The position numbers and the translations under genes were made by a program. A stretch of 57,222 nucleotides of DNA, filler included, from Dirinaria sp. TL-2023a (taxonomy: Eukaryota): NCBI GenBank assembly GCA_051941275.1. It is 6 parts of 6 records of this genome, joined end to end, with 100 filler letters (N's around TTAATTAATTAA, not from the genome) between each part and the next. Parts side by side here need not be neighbours in the genome. Positions count along the whole stretch, not along the records: positions 38,236 to 47,686 come from JAVEBF010001054.1; positions 47,787 to 57,222 come from JAVEBF010001055.1; 4 more parts are not named here. One strand, 5' to 3'. Of the stretch, positions 44,617-56,342 are shown one piece after another. Under the pieces are notes generated by a model. That model ran no database searches and was not told the DNA's origin. It worked only from the letters and a program-made list of their open reading frames with translations. Numbering within the stretch: the first letter of the stretch is position 1; the number at the start of each line of letters is the position of its first letter.

Positions 44617-45628
44617 TGTCTGTGACCTCTACACATTTGAGAGCATCAAGACTTAACATGAGTAGCAAGGCACTGATGGACAGTTCCTTTCCATTTTCTT
44701 GCCTTATACCATGCCCCTGAGTAGCCCGATTGGGCTTGATACGCAGAGCTCCATTGAGCTCGCCTCTAATTTCTCACCTCTTCTTTCGAGACTCTGATCC
44801 ACGCAGTCCCCTACTAAACACTGAGCCATCCGCAGCTTTACCATTGGAGTAAGCACCCAAGACCATGTTACACCGTCTTCTTTGGTCGACAGGCATAATC
44901 TGCCCAACGTTGGCGCTATTAGTCATCTACACGATGATGCTGTACACCCTAAATTTTCTCACGTTACATCAGGATTCCGCCTATGGTGTAGTTTACGATT
45001 CTACCACTATTCTGCATCTGTTTTGGTTTTAGTCTACGAGAAGGCCTAACAATCCTGAAGGATTCCGTTGGTTGCCTTGGCATCGCATAATCGAGCTGAC
45101 GTGAGAACCAGGGCTGATTGAAGATCGCCAGACCTGAGTCGCGACATATTTTTTCCTCTGAGCGGACGATGATATCTAGAAGTGTCGAAAATGTGCTAGG
45201 TCGTTCTACTGACCCTTGCGCAAGCACGAGCCAGTCAAAGGTCTGTCTCGCCAAGACCTTTTTCTGCGGGTGAATATTAGATGCATGCCTTGAGCTGCGA
45301 TATCTCGATCACCGACTCTTCGGACATTGCCTTTTGCAGCCTTGCTTTACCTTCTGCAGACTTGCCGAAAGTTGAGACTAAGTCTCGTTCTCGTTTACGT
45401 TTACGTGTAATAAACAGATAGCTATCAGTTTACGAAATTAATCAACGATACTGCGTGATCGTAATTCTCGCAAGCCCACCCCCGGGTTCTGTCCAGTCTG
45501 GCACACATCTCCATAGTACAAATTACGTTGAGCTTTGCGCTGATAATAGACCAGATGCGCATAGCGTGTCTGAGAGGCTTTCAACTACTCTTGTACTCCA
45601 AGGATATATTCCAAAAGTCGGTTCCAGT

Positions 45629-47452
45629 ATGGAGATCTTGACACTCATCTCTGGATCGCTCCTACTTCTGGTCTTCTATCGCTTCACCTCTACGCTCAAA
45701 TTACTGAGGAACCAAGTTACCTTTCCTGAGACTATTCCCATAGTGGGCGTCCAGAAACAATTCCTTAGCATAGCCAGAGCATCATTGCGGCAGCTAACCA
45801 ATGGCATCACGACTTTGCTGGATGGATATAGTCAGGTAATGACATCCGCAGCAACAACGTCAAAAAGCGACATACTCACTGGTACAGTACGCCCAACATG
45901 GCCGACCTTTCATTGTCTACGATCCCAGCGCGCAGCAAGAGCTCCTCCTGCCTGGAGAGCACATCAAGTGGTTCTCGGACCAGCCCGACTCCAAATTGTC
46001 CAGCTACGGTGTGCGGCAGGAGCGTCACGCAGTACGTTATCTGCATATGGGCATCGAGCTCTCCACGACGATGCACTTCCTGGAACGCATCATAGGTGAA
46101 CGTCTCACTCGCCATCTGGATTCCGTGAATCACGACATGCATGACGAGCTCCGGCTTTGTATCGACGCAGTATTTGGCACAAATGACCAGGAGTGGAAGG
46201 AGGTCAATGTCTACGATAGTTTGCAGGACATCGTCATGCCCACCATGAGCCGCGTTTTTCTTGGGCTTCCGCTTTGCCGCGATCCGCGCGTGTCCACGGC
46301 GCTCCGCCGGTACATCTTAGCGCTGGGATTTGGAACCATCATTGTTGGGGAGCTGCCACGGATGCTGAAGGCGATCGTTGCGCGTCTCGTCAAAGTGCCA
46401 TTAAGGTACTACCGAAACAAGACGTTGGGCGTTCTTAAGCCCGTGGTAGAACGTCAATTAGCTCAGGGAGCAGCAAATGGGGCCAACGACCAAGTGGAGG
46501 GGTCAAATTTCATCCGACAATGTGCGAAACTTTCCGAAAAGAACACTGTGGGCGGTATCGGTAATATGGCCAAGCCGGAAGTAATTGCTGAGTGGATCAT
46601 GTCATTGGTATGGAACAAAGTTTCCTGCATCTCAGTCGAGTGCTAGTTGAAAAGAGTGGACTGATTGATAGCGCAATAGGCTTTTGCTGGCTCCTCTTCC
46701 ACAGTGATACAGGCGACTCATTTGCTTCTCGACATCGCCAATTCGCCAAAAGAATTGCAAGTCTCTCAACAGCTTCGGCAAGAGGCAGAAGAGACTCTTC
46801 GAACCGACGAGGACTGGGCCAAGGGCATATCGTTCAAAAAGCAGGTTCTCTCCGACAGCGTGATCCGAGAGTGCCTGCGGTTTCATCCTATCCTGATCAA
46901 GGGTCTTACAAAGGAGGTGGTACCGTCTTCAGGCCTAAACCTCCCTGATGGCACCAACATGCCGAAAGGAGGCTGGGTCGGTATTCCTGTACTCGGGATA
47001 CACAGGGATGAAAGATTTTACGCCGATCCATATGTCTATCAGCCGTTCCGCTATGTCAAAGAGCGCTCCACGGACGAGAAGCAGAAAGCCGCTGCCTGGG
47101 AGGATGAGCTCGAGGCTTCGAAGCCTACGACCACATACCTCGGATACGGTTATGGACGGCATGCATGGTACGTAAAAACCGATATCCTCAACCCTTCCCC
47201 CCCTCTTTTCTCTTTTCATTGGCTTTTTTTTTTTTTTTCTTTCGCTCAGGATTTTGACTTTTGGGCAGCCCCGGACGGTGGTTCGCGACCCTGATGCTGA
47301 AGATGATTTCCGCGTATATCGCCATCAACTACGACATCGAGGCGACCGCCCCGCCGCCAAGCATGAAGGTCATCGGCGATGCGGCGCTGCCTCCAATGTC
47401 AGCCACGATCAAGGTTCGGAGGAGGAGGAGAAAAGAAGCCGCTAAAGTCTAA
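45629..47452 (+). CDS. Cytochrome P450 monooxygenase, 4 exons, divergent from the cyclase-GT gene; probable triterpene tailoring enzyme
   Basis: N-terminal TM anchor, SRVFLGLPLCRD, ExxR (RECLR), PYVYQPFRY, heme motif YGYGRHA-C-PGRWFA completed across intron 47168-47268. Confidence 0.93.
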
Positions 47453-47686
47453 GCGTGCTACGGTGTGTTGGGCGATAGCATTATTGCTAAGCAAATTCAA
47501 GGCATCCTCCACTGAAGTAGGTGTACCTAGACCAGGGAAATAACAGGAATTAGTGAGAAGCTTGACTTTTGGGGTCAATGAATGAATCAGCGAAGTCCCA
47601 CCCCTGAGCTAGCTCTTGCTCCGTCCATGAGTCAAACCTTACACTCCCTCCCCTCCCTAAACAGGAATCAAATAGAACATTCATTA

Positions 47687-47786
47687 NNNNNNNNNNNNNN
47701 NNNNNNNNNNNNNNNNNNNNNNNNNNNNNNTTAATTAATTAANNNNNNNNNNNNNNNNNNNNNNNNNNNNNNNNNNNNNNNNNNNN
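47687..47786. other. Artificial contig linker
   Basis: 44 N + TTAATTAATTAA + 44 N. Confidence 0.98.
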
Positions 47787-49035
47787 GAAGACTTAAGGTA
47801 TTTGAGAAGACTTTCATTCTAAATACAGCATACTCGAATTTGCCCCAAGGATAAGTATAGCAGCTGGTATTTGGTATACTCTGCTGATTAATCCATATAT
47901 GACGTGGATCCGCGGCTGTCGCTTCCTCTCACCTTTGGGACTCGAGATACATTAAGGTACTGTACAGTATGCCTGCAACCTAAGTACGCAATCCTGACCT
48001 AATGTTACACAAGCATTCTTCCAAACCATAAGGTTGCAAGGTATTGCTGCCCAAATAACAGGCCGACGAAGAGTCTCGATCAAGGGTTGCCCATGTCGAT
48101 GGGGCGTAAGTGCGAGGCGCCAGTGGCGGATCTTGAACCAGATTGTGTTCGGGGGGGGGCATCAGAAAGTCAGTTGACGACGTGTCACTACGAATGATCG
48201 CTTCTCGGAGAGCCTAGAGCGGACGGAGAAAACGGCGATTGGCCTTCCCAGATTTTCTTGAGTGCATTATTGAATTGACGATCCATGCTGGCGCTGAAAC
48301 AAATCCTTCATCCCCACGTCATTGCTCAAACCTGCCATGTCCGTATGAATTGAGCAACGTTTCTGCCCGATCCGCACTGAGACAGCTTGAGATTCTGAGA
48401 GAGCCATATCTCTGCACAATAATAGCATGCTGTGCATGATCGATATCTCCCAAGTCATCGGGTGTACTGTATGTGGGTTGATTACTGTTATCTTACCTTA
48501 GGTGCTGCTACTACCTACTGTTGCCGGACAGCCATTACCTTATTATTGCTGGCTTTTTAGTAAGGTATTATTCCGTGTGTTTCGCTTGGCTGGCGTCAGC
48601 AGCAACGGTCCAGCGGCCAAGGGGCCAAGCAGAACTACAAGCAGCCAAGCAGTCAAGCAGCCAAGGTGCCCTCTCGTAAGCCTGCCTCCCTCCCTGCTCG
48701 CCCTGCGGTCGAGGGGGTGCAGCAGCTGCAGCAGCATTTTTTATTTAGCGGGGTGGGTTTTTACTTACACGTAGGACCAACCTGGAACCTCCATCTCCTG
48801 CGCCAGATAATCACACACTTTTCAGCTGTCTCAGGCAGGCAACACATGTAACAAGCCGTGAATACCTTATCCCTTGGCAACGTCGCCTTGTTATATCCTA
48901 CATCCACCCCTCCATTTTCTTCCCCGTTGCCATTGTTGGCGTGCTCAGGGCAGCCTCGTTAAAAAGATCCAGTTGAAGTGCACAACAACTTGCTCATCTT
49001 ACGATCCCTTGCTCAGTGCTGAAAATTTTTCTACA

Positions 49036-51414
49036 ATGGACCCAAGATTCGCCAGGCCCCCTTCGCCAGGCACTCGGCGCATCGCTGCGCAGCCTACGCG
49101 GTCGTCAACTGGTACCCTAGTGTATCCTTCATCTTACGATCCCTACTACGGCCCTGCTCGATCTACCGGAAACGTTGCAGCTGGTCCCCGTATCAGCGCT
49201 GACCGTGTAGCTGCCCCTCGAGTAGTCACAAAATACCGGCCCGACAGCCCACCCATCCGGAAGTCCTCGCGGGACGACTATGTGGTCCCTGTTCGGCCTC
49301 GAAGAATGACGCTGGAACCAGAAGCGGCTCAACCCCGACGACCTCTGAGCATGATAGGGCCCACCTCACCATCTCGTAACAGGCCTATCATCACCAGCTC
49401 CATCGATAGGCCCAGCAGCCCGTCGACCAAGTCCGGTCGCGCGCGTCAAGATGACGGGTATTACCTGCAGCCAGCGTCTTCGTTGTCTCGACGTGAACAC
49501 CGTCGCGGCTATACTATTGGTTCTACGAAAGATTCAGACCGACTCGTGGCTGGCGACAGAGAAACCAGAGACAGAGTAGACCGTGGCGGGTACAGAAGCT
49601 CAGGTATAGGGGGCGGTCGTGGCGGGTACTATCTGGACCAACCTTTGGTTCGGCAACCCCAGGGTGGGGATGACCGCGCATTTGGCTACGAGTACAATGA
49701 TCGCAGAGAGCAGATGTACAGAGACGTGGGGCCCAGATCGAGGAGAGATAGCTACAGTGTTGCAAGGCCGGAGCGGCCCTCTAGCATAACAGGGGTTGAA
49801 GACCTCCAGCGAGTACCGGTTTCGGGGAGAGAGCCAGGGCCACCAGTCTCGATGAGAGGTTTCGACAATCTCGGTCGAGCGAGCAGTCTGAGGCAGGACC
49901 GGCGTCCCAGGGAGGAATACATACCGCGAGAGCAAACCCGTGACGACTTCAGCGAATCGAGTCGAAAGCCTGCTCGTGCCCAGGTTGCCTTGCACCAACT
50001 CGCTGATGACCGTCACGGACCATACTCCTCGGAAAAGGATTATGAAGTTCGGCAGCCGAAGCTTCCCAAACCGGTTGTTGAGCCCAAACTGGTAGTGGAA
50101 CCAAAACCCGTGGTCGATGAGAGAGAACGAATCGATGCAAAATCAAGGGATCCTTATGACGATCAATATAGTAGAGGCGGTGACGACCGCTCTAGAAGAC
50201 ATCATGAAAGGACTCACAGAGATCGCGATCCCATCGACGACCGTGACCGAAGAAGAAATGATGACCGGGAGCGCCGGCGAGAGGAGCGTCATCGGGATGA
50301 TCGTCACCGAGATATTGAACCAATTGAAGATAGAGATCGTAGGAAAGAGGAGCGAACTAAAGATCTGGATTCTCTCGATAACCGGAACCGCAGAAGAGAG
50401 GATGGGCACCGACAAGCTGAGCCCTATTATGAGCGAGAGCGTAGAAGAGAGAATCGGCATAGGGACCTTGAGCCTGTCGATGACCGCGATCGCAGGAAAG
50501 ACGAGCGTCAGAGAGAGAAACGTGACCATGGCGATGACAGCCGCCGCGGAGATGCGGCGATGCTCGGTGCTGCTGGTCTTGCTGCTACTGGTCTTGCTGC
50601 AGAAGGCGTACGACAGCACAGGGCACACAGAGATGACGCCGACCGCCTTGCAGTCCCACCGGATCCTTCTGAGAGTACCAGCGTCAGCGCCAGCGTGGAA
50701 GGTAGTGATGAAGAACGGCGTGAGCGCCATCGGAGGCGTCGCCGAGAACGAGAAGAAAGACGGGAAAGAGAAGAACGGGAGGAGAAAGAGCTGCGAGAAG
50801 CAGAAGATCGGAAGCGACGTGAGCATGACGAGCTGCCGCCGCGAGAGTTGGCGCCTCCTCGAGATCAAGAAAGCAGTCTTCGAGAGTCCATATCGTACGA
50901 GAGACATCCTCATGACCGGGAGATCCCGGCCGCGGAGTCTTCTCGCGGCTCAAGCCGTCGTCACCACTATGCTCGCACTCAGGACAAGGATTCCTACTCC
51001 GAGTCTTCACGTAGCGACTCTGAATTCGAAGATCGTCCGCGCCAAGTGCGTGTTGTGACACCCACAAACGAGCCCAGCGAGCCCAAGGAGCCGCCCAAGT
51101 CGATCTTGCGCCCGCCTCGCGAAAGATTTCCAGAAGACCCGGCGCCTGTGCGTGAAGGTGTCGCACCCCTCAAGGACGCAGGCAAAAAGGGCATCCCGCC
51201 CAACGCGCGCTGGACCAAGATCGATCGCAAACTGGTCAATCCGGAGGCGCTGGAGCAAGGCAATGAGAGATTCGAAGAAAGACCCGATTATGTAATCGTG
51301 CTGAGGGTATTGACCAAGGAGGAGATCGAACAGTATGCCTTGAAAACGTCGGAGATTCGAGACAAGAGAGGCTTGAGGCCGCCGGAAGAGAGAGGCGAAG
51401 GGGAGAGCTCGTAG
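49036..51414 (+). CDS. Conserved fungal hypothetical protein: long R/D/E-rich disordered region plus a conserved-looking C-terminal domain
   Basis: Single-exon 792-aa frame from ATG 49036; C-terminal FPEDPAPVREGVAPLKDA..GIPPNARWTKIDRKLVNPEAL..ERFEERPDYVIVLRVLTKEEIEQYA. Confidence 0.8.
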   Translation: MDPRFARPPSPGTRRIAAQPTRSSTGTLVYPSSYDPYYGPARSTGNVAAGPRISADRVAAPRVVTKYRPDSPPIRKSSRDDYVVPVRPRRMTLEPEAAQPRRPLSMIGPTSPSRNRPIITSSIDRPSSPSTKSGRARQDDGYYLQPASSLSRREHRRGYTIGSTKDSDRLVAGDRETRDRVDRGGYRSSGIGGGRGGYYLDQPLVRQPQGGDDRAFGYEYNDRREQMYRDVGPRSRRDSYSVARPERPSSITGVEDLQRVPVSGREPGPPVSMRGFDNLGRASSLRQDRRPREEYIPREQTRDDFSESSRKPARAQVALHQLADDRHGPYSSEKDYEVRQPKLPKPVVEPKLVVEPKPVVDERERIDAKSRDPYDDQYSRGGDDRSRRHHERTHRDRDPIDDRDRRRNDDRERRREERHRDDRHRDIEPIEDRDRRKEERTKDLDSLDNRNRRREDGHRQAEPYYERERRRENRHRDLEPVDDRDRRKDERQREKRDHGDDSRRGDAAMLGAAGLAATGLAAEGVRQHRAHRDDADRLAVPPDPSESTSVSASVEGSDEERRERHRRRRREREERREREEREEKELREAEDRKRREHDELPPRELAPPRDQESSLRESISYERHPHDREIPAAESSRGSSRRHHYARTQDKDSYSESSRSDSEFEDRPRQVRVVTPTNEPSEPKEPPKSILRPPRERFPEDPAPVREGVAPLKDAGKKGIPPNARWTKIDRKLVNPEALEQGNERFEERPDYVIVLRVLTKEEIEQYALKTSEIRDKRGLRPPEERGEGESS

Positions 51415-52098
51415 GTCAAAATGAGGCTCGTCATAACGCGGTTTGGGTCTAAGGGCGTGGAAGGGAAAGGTATACAATGCCCTATCATCCGACATGATAC
51501 GGGGATTGCCTAATAAATGTGTTGTATGTATGTACAGATGAGTTACGAAGAACGAAGGCACGGAGGTAGATAGAATGCCACTGTTTGCAACTTTTCGATC
51601 TGGTTCACTGATCTACTTGCTCCATTGCGCTTTGGATGAATTGCATCCAAAAATTTGCCTCTCATACGACGGATGTCTGTAGGGTTCCTTAGAGTAACAA
51701 AAATAAATATGCAGCAAACATCTCAGAGCACTGATGAGACGAAAAAAGGGATGAATGTATCCTTCAGTTAAGGGATGGAAGAGAAAAACGGCTTGAGGGA
51801 CAGGGAGCATATCAGTACTGTACTGAAACCGGAAAGACAAATTGAATGAGCAGGTGCAAAAGCGAGGTCTAGGCAGACGCAGAAAACCAGACACGATACG
51901 TATGTAAGATACATATGTGGACAGAGCCCATCAAATATGATGGCGCGTATAGGAGCGAGCGAGCGAGCGGGCGAGCGCCTTGACTACCAAAATCGAAACA
52001 TACAGACCTACACTAGCATCAAATGGAGCACATAAGGCAGCAGGACGCTACCATATACATACAAGTGATAAGACTCCAAAAAAGATAAAAAAAATAGC

Positions 52099-52310
52099 AA
52101 AAGATTCACCAGGCTCCCTCGAGAGCAACCCTTCAACTCTCGAGGTTTTGCTGGCTATAGAAACCCTCTGTTCTGGCCACCACAGCCTTTCAGAAGTTTG
52201 CTGTGTAGGTAGGTCTCGGTTGGGTTCGAACGCTCCACCTCTCAGCACTTCATTCCTTTTACAGGAATCTGTTGTAGTCTTGACCCTTGCGCTATCGAGG
52301 ATTTGTTAGT
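52099..52310 (-). ncRNA. Putative Pol III-transcribed structured ncRNA with a tRNA-like head, copy 2 (family unidentified)
   Basis: Homologous to 38799-39006. A-box-like TAGCGCAAGGG, B-box-like GTTCGAACC (52231-52223), terminal TCCTCGA/TCGAGGG pairing, T4 then T8 runs downstream, CTATATAA upstream (52342-52335). Confidence 0.6.
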
Positions 52311-53625
52311 GCTTCAGGAGGGGGTTATTTAGCGTTATATAGATGATAATCGGAATTGCGAGATTGGGGGATGATGCCCTTGGAAACCGTTTTTGACATG
52401 ATCAAGAGGTTATTTGCTGTTTAGTTTGTTTTGCTTTTTTTCTTCTTCTTCTTTCCTACTGGTGGTATAAGAAAAGAGGCTCGAGTGCAGCCTGAGTATG
52501 CAAATTGCAAAAGGAGATCTTTTACCCACTCTCACTCTTTGACCAAACGTTGAGATTTTCTTCTGCCACTTTTCCTTTGCACACTGTTCCATCTTCTGCT
52601 TTCAGTCAGATGCTAAATAGGTGCTTCAAAGGCTCTACAGCTTTTTCTTCAATCTGTCCCCGCGCTCATGTTCAATTTCTCTAAGCATCAAAATTTGCTG
52701 GGACTACGCTTCGACAAGAGGCTCGTTTCCAAAATTCACCACAAGCATCGGTAGCAATCGATAGTATCCACATAAAAAATAAAATCTATCCCAATACTCC
52801 CGTACTTGGTTGAGATTTATATAGCCAAAGACCAGACTGCTCAGCACCCGGTGGGCGTCGTCAGTTCGCCAAGCCCTCTAGCTGGGTGTATGTGGGCTTA
52901 GGTAAGCTTTCGCAGCTCAGGAGTTTCCGATTGCCAGAACAGCTCCACCAAGCACCATCTGCTGGGGAATCGGTTGCATTTGATGGAACTCGGAAACATA
53001 TTTCCCACGTTAATCTCAGGGACTAAGGTATGATTCTGCGGGAAGAGAACGAGGGGAGTTGTTTCCGAGTCAGTACCTTAGTCTCCTAGTGAAATCCGAG
53101 GGCTCTTGCTTCCGGGGGAGGAGGCCGAGAGAGAGAGTAAGGTAGCCTGGTAGGTAGTGTAGCCGCCGACCCTCAAGCAAGCTGCAGCGAATCAGGATGA
53201 AGAAAGGGGTTCTAGACGAAGGAATCCTCCCGGTTAGGCATCCCTTCGAGCCCTCGTCACAGCAATCTACGCACGCTCACTGGCTCTCAGCATCCCTCTA
53301 CTGCAGCTGTAAGCACTACAACCGCTGGGCCTTGTCGCTCTTCTGCAGCGTCCCCGTCACACAGCGATGTCTCACGCCCTCTTGACGCCTCCCCAGGCCA
53401 GCTATGGCTGTCGAGTTGCAGCACTGGCGCGGTTAACCTCGTCCATGAGTCGAGAGCGTCAGTCAAAACGTCTTGCCTGCCCAGACAGACAGCTATTCTT
53501 ACCTTCTCCTTGATCTCTCGTTGTCGCCCAGTTTCATCGCGAACGAACCTCATTATTAGAAACTTATCGACCTCTCTGCCTCCGACAATAATATCGTTGA
53601 TTGTTGCACCGCCAGTCTGACCACC

Positions 53626-54465
53626 ATGATCCGGTTTGGTCTGCGTGGCGCCTTGTTCGTGGCCGCAACATGTCTCTTCGCCCTCGTCTCCTCGCACACC
53701 GTCATCACATATCCAGGTCAGAGGGGCAACAATCTACATACTTTCGGAACCCCTGCCGACACCGACGGGCTGGGGGAGACGACTCTGGGGGCCAACGATA
53801 CGAATCCGTTTGGACTTTATCCGTATGGGATGCAATGGGCATATCCATGTATGGGGGTTTTTTCGCCGAGGAAATCAATACGGTAGCTAATTTGTTTTAA
53901 AGGTGGAGGCATGAAGCGCTCAACGAACCGCACACTCTGGCCAGTTAAGGGCGGCGCTGTCGGCGTCCAGCCCGGCTGGTTTAATGGTCACAAGAACGCC
54001 TTTATGTACATCAATCTCGGTCACGGCACTCTGCCAGAGAACTTCTCAATGGTCATGCAGCCGGTCTTTGAGATTGTCGGTCCCACGAACTTCCTCTACC
54101 CAGGCAGCATCTGCCTCCCACAAGTACCATTGCCCGTCAACTACACCGCGGTCATAGGTCAGAATGCCACTATCCAGGTCATTGAGGCGGCGCAGCATGG
54201 CGCAGCATTATACAATGTAAGCCAGGATGCATCTTTTACCTTGACCCAGTTGCTAATAAGGCGCCCTCAGTGCGTCGATATCACATTCGCCGATCCCAAA
54301 GACGTGCCTGAGGTCAACGATACCAACTGCGTGAACACAACGAATATCAGCTTTGAGCTTGTCTTCAGCACCGACGGCTTGAAGTCAGGCGCGGAAAGGC
54401 TTGCAAAGTCTGCGTCGTGGCTGGCTTCGATAGCATTGATAGCGACAGTCCTGTGGGCTCTCTAG
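53626..54465 (+). CDS. GPI-anchored secreted protein, copper-acquisition factor BIM1-like; 3 exons
   Basis: Signal peptide followed directly by His (SS/HTVITYPGQRGNNL), GMQWAYPCGG, NRTLWPVKGGAV, YINLG, GQNATIQVIE..HGAALYNCVDITF, hydrophobic C-terminal GPI signal. Confidence 0.78.
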
Positions 54466-55379
54466 CATGAAGAGCCTTTCGGCCTGTGTTCTGGTGCCAC
54501 TTGCGTAAGAGAATTGCATTGCTTGGTTAGGCATTCGGGCGGCGTTTGGGCAGAGCAAGGGCTGCTCCTGACCGGGTCTACTTTCAGGATCCAGGGTGGC
54601 TGCAAAGGACGCTCGCCATTTAAAACTATTCGTTATGCTATTTATGATCATTTTAATTGTATCACTATGTACAATGTGCCATCTCGGTCATAGAAATCTA
54701 CTCGGTACAAGCTATTTGGCAGCCATACAATCCCGTCTTCGAAGATTCTTGATCAAGACTGTGGTAATATCAGGCAGCAATATGTAGATTCATCATCTGA
54801 ACATGTGACTCGCAGCCGTGACTTCACTTCTGTAGATTTTGCAGTCATCCTTTACGGAGTAGTGGGTACCTTACTTTATGGATGTAGGCTACGTTAGTCT
54901 ACGCCAAGCAATGTGGGAAGAGCAGACTTGAAACCCACCGAAGGCCTACTTTACGAGCGGTGTATGTACATGGATGGTAGCCTCATCTATAGCTGCCGGA
55001 AGCCAAGAAAGATTTGTTGGTCTGTATCGCGGCAGTGTTCTGTATACGGGTGATGTTATTCATCGATGCAAGACCTCAATATCGCGACTTACCGTGCGGG
55101 CTCCATCGTGGCTCAAGGATGAGATACGTAAGGTAAATTTTCGTCCGGGAGAAGGCAAGACTCGCCACGGAAAACCCATCACTGCAAAGAGTAGCTGGTA
55201 TTCGATACTCACGCCTTTTTCTACACCTCTCTCTCCGTCGCAGGATTGGTGCTACTTTGCTACATTTGACTCGTGGGCGTGACTACATGTCTTAGATTTT
55301 GTCGAGTGCAACTCCATCCTATCTCTTTCTCCCTCTCTCTCTTTTTTTTTTTTTGGCCAAAACAGTCTACGCTAGGAAC

Positions 55380-56342
55380 ATGCCACATACCTCCCGCAGG
55401 AAGCCCAGAGGCGGCCAGCAGAAGCGCCTCGAGCTTACTGATTCCTCGGGATGGACATATATCACCAAGGGGACCAGTGCGCAGAGGCATCAGCTACCGC
55501 CTGCCAGCGGACATACCTTGCCTTCTCCGGTGCCGCTGGGTTCGAGTATTGTAAAAGTCCATCACACTTATGATCGATACCTAAAGGCATGGAGGAATTC
55601 AACTTGTTTTACGGAGACGGTGGAAATACTTGAGCGGATTCTACTCACTTCCGAGCGCGTGAAGATCGATCGGTGCGTCTGCCTAGGTCTGGGAAGCTTC
55701 ACCAGTGGCCCAGCCGTGGAGGCAAGCATGTACGAGCTTGTAGCTCTGACATCGATCCTAGATTTCCTATGTGCGTGCCTCTATCTCTTTCTTTTTTTCT
55801 TGCAATTTCGGAAACACAACTAAACCTTCCATCCAGCTCATAAGCAATATAAGATCTCTGAGATATACACTCAAGACCCAGTCTTCAACCACCTGGACGA
55901 AGCTTTCCTCCGAGAACGCGGCTACACGGTGCTCCCCACTCCACAAGCCTTCGGCAAATTGACACCCACCACTTTCCTCTTCGCGCCGCACCTCGAGTGG
56001 CCGTTCTACATCCAAGCTCTACAAACTACGATCCCACCAGCTCTATGCATCGGTAACTGCGTACGAGAGTACATGGACCCTATCCACTCCAACACGCAGC
56101 CAGGGTCGCGGGAGATCCTGTCGAGGTTCCTGGAATCGACTTCTGGAGTCGATATGCCTGACTTTGACCGCTCGTCATGGTGCACGAGCACGAGTATCTA
56201 CTGGAGGAAGGCACGCGGCGAGCACGACCCTTCTTCGCCTGGTTCAGAGGCAGAAATCGATAGTAGGCAAGCAATAAATGCCATCGCGGAGGGGCTCCAG
56301 GACGTGAGTTTCGAGGACGCCGGCAAGGATAGAAGTCCCTGA
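55380..56342 (+). CDS. SRR1: SRR1/Ber1-like protein, one intron (~55771-55836)
   Basis: CVCLGLGSF, YTQDPVFNHLDEAFL..GYTVL, TFLFAPHL, LCIGN, TSIYW, which match the SRR1 domain pattern. Confidence 0.75.

Noticed and set aside
48198..48208. ATCGCTTCTCG resembling a U2 snRNA 5' end
   Set aside because: The match stops almost immediately; no GTGTAGTA branch-recognition sequence or Sm site follows.
50117..51561. Long overlapping and antisense ORFs (313, 256, 184 aa)
   Set aside because: Shadow frames of the low-complexity 49036-51414 CDS with no independent features.
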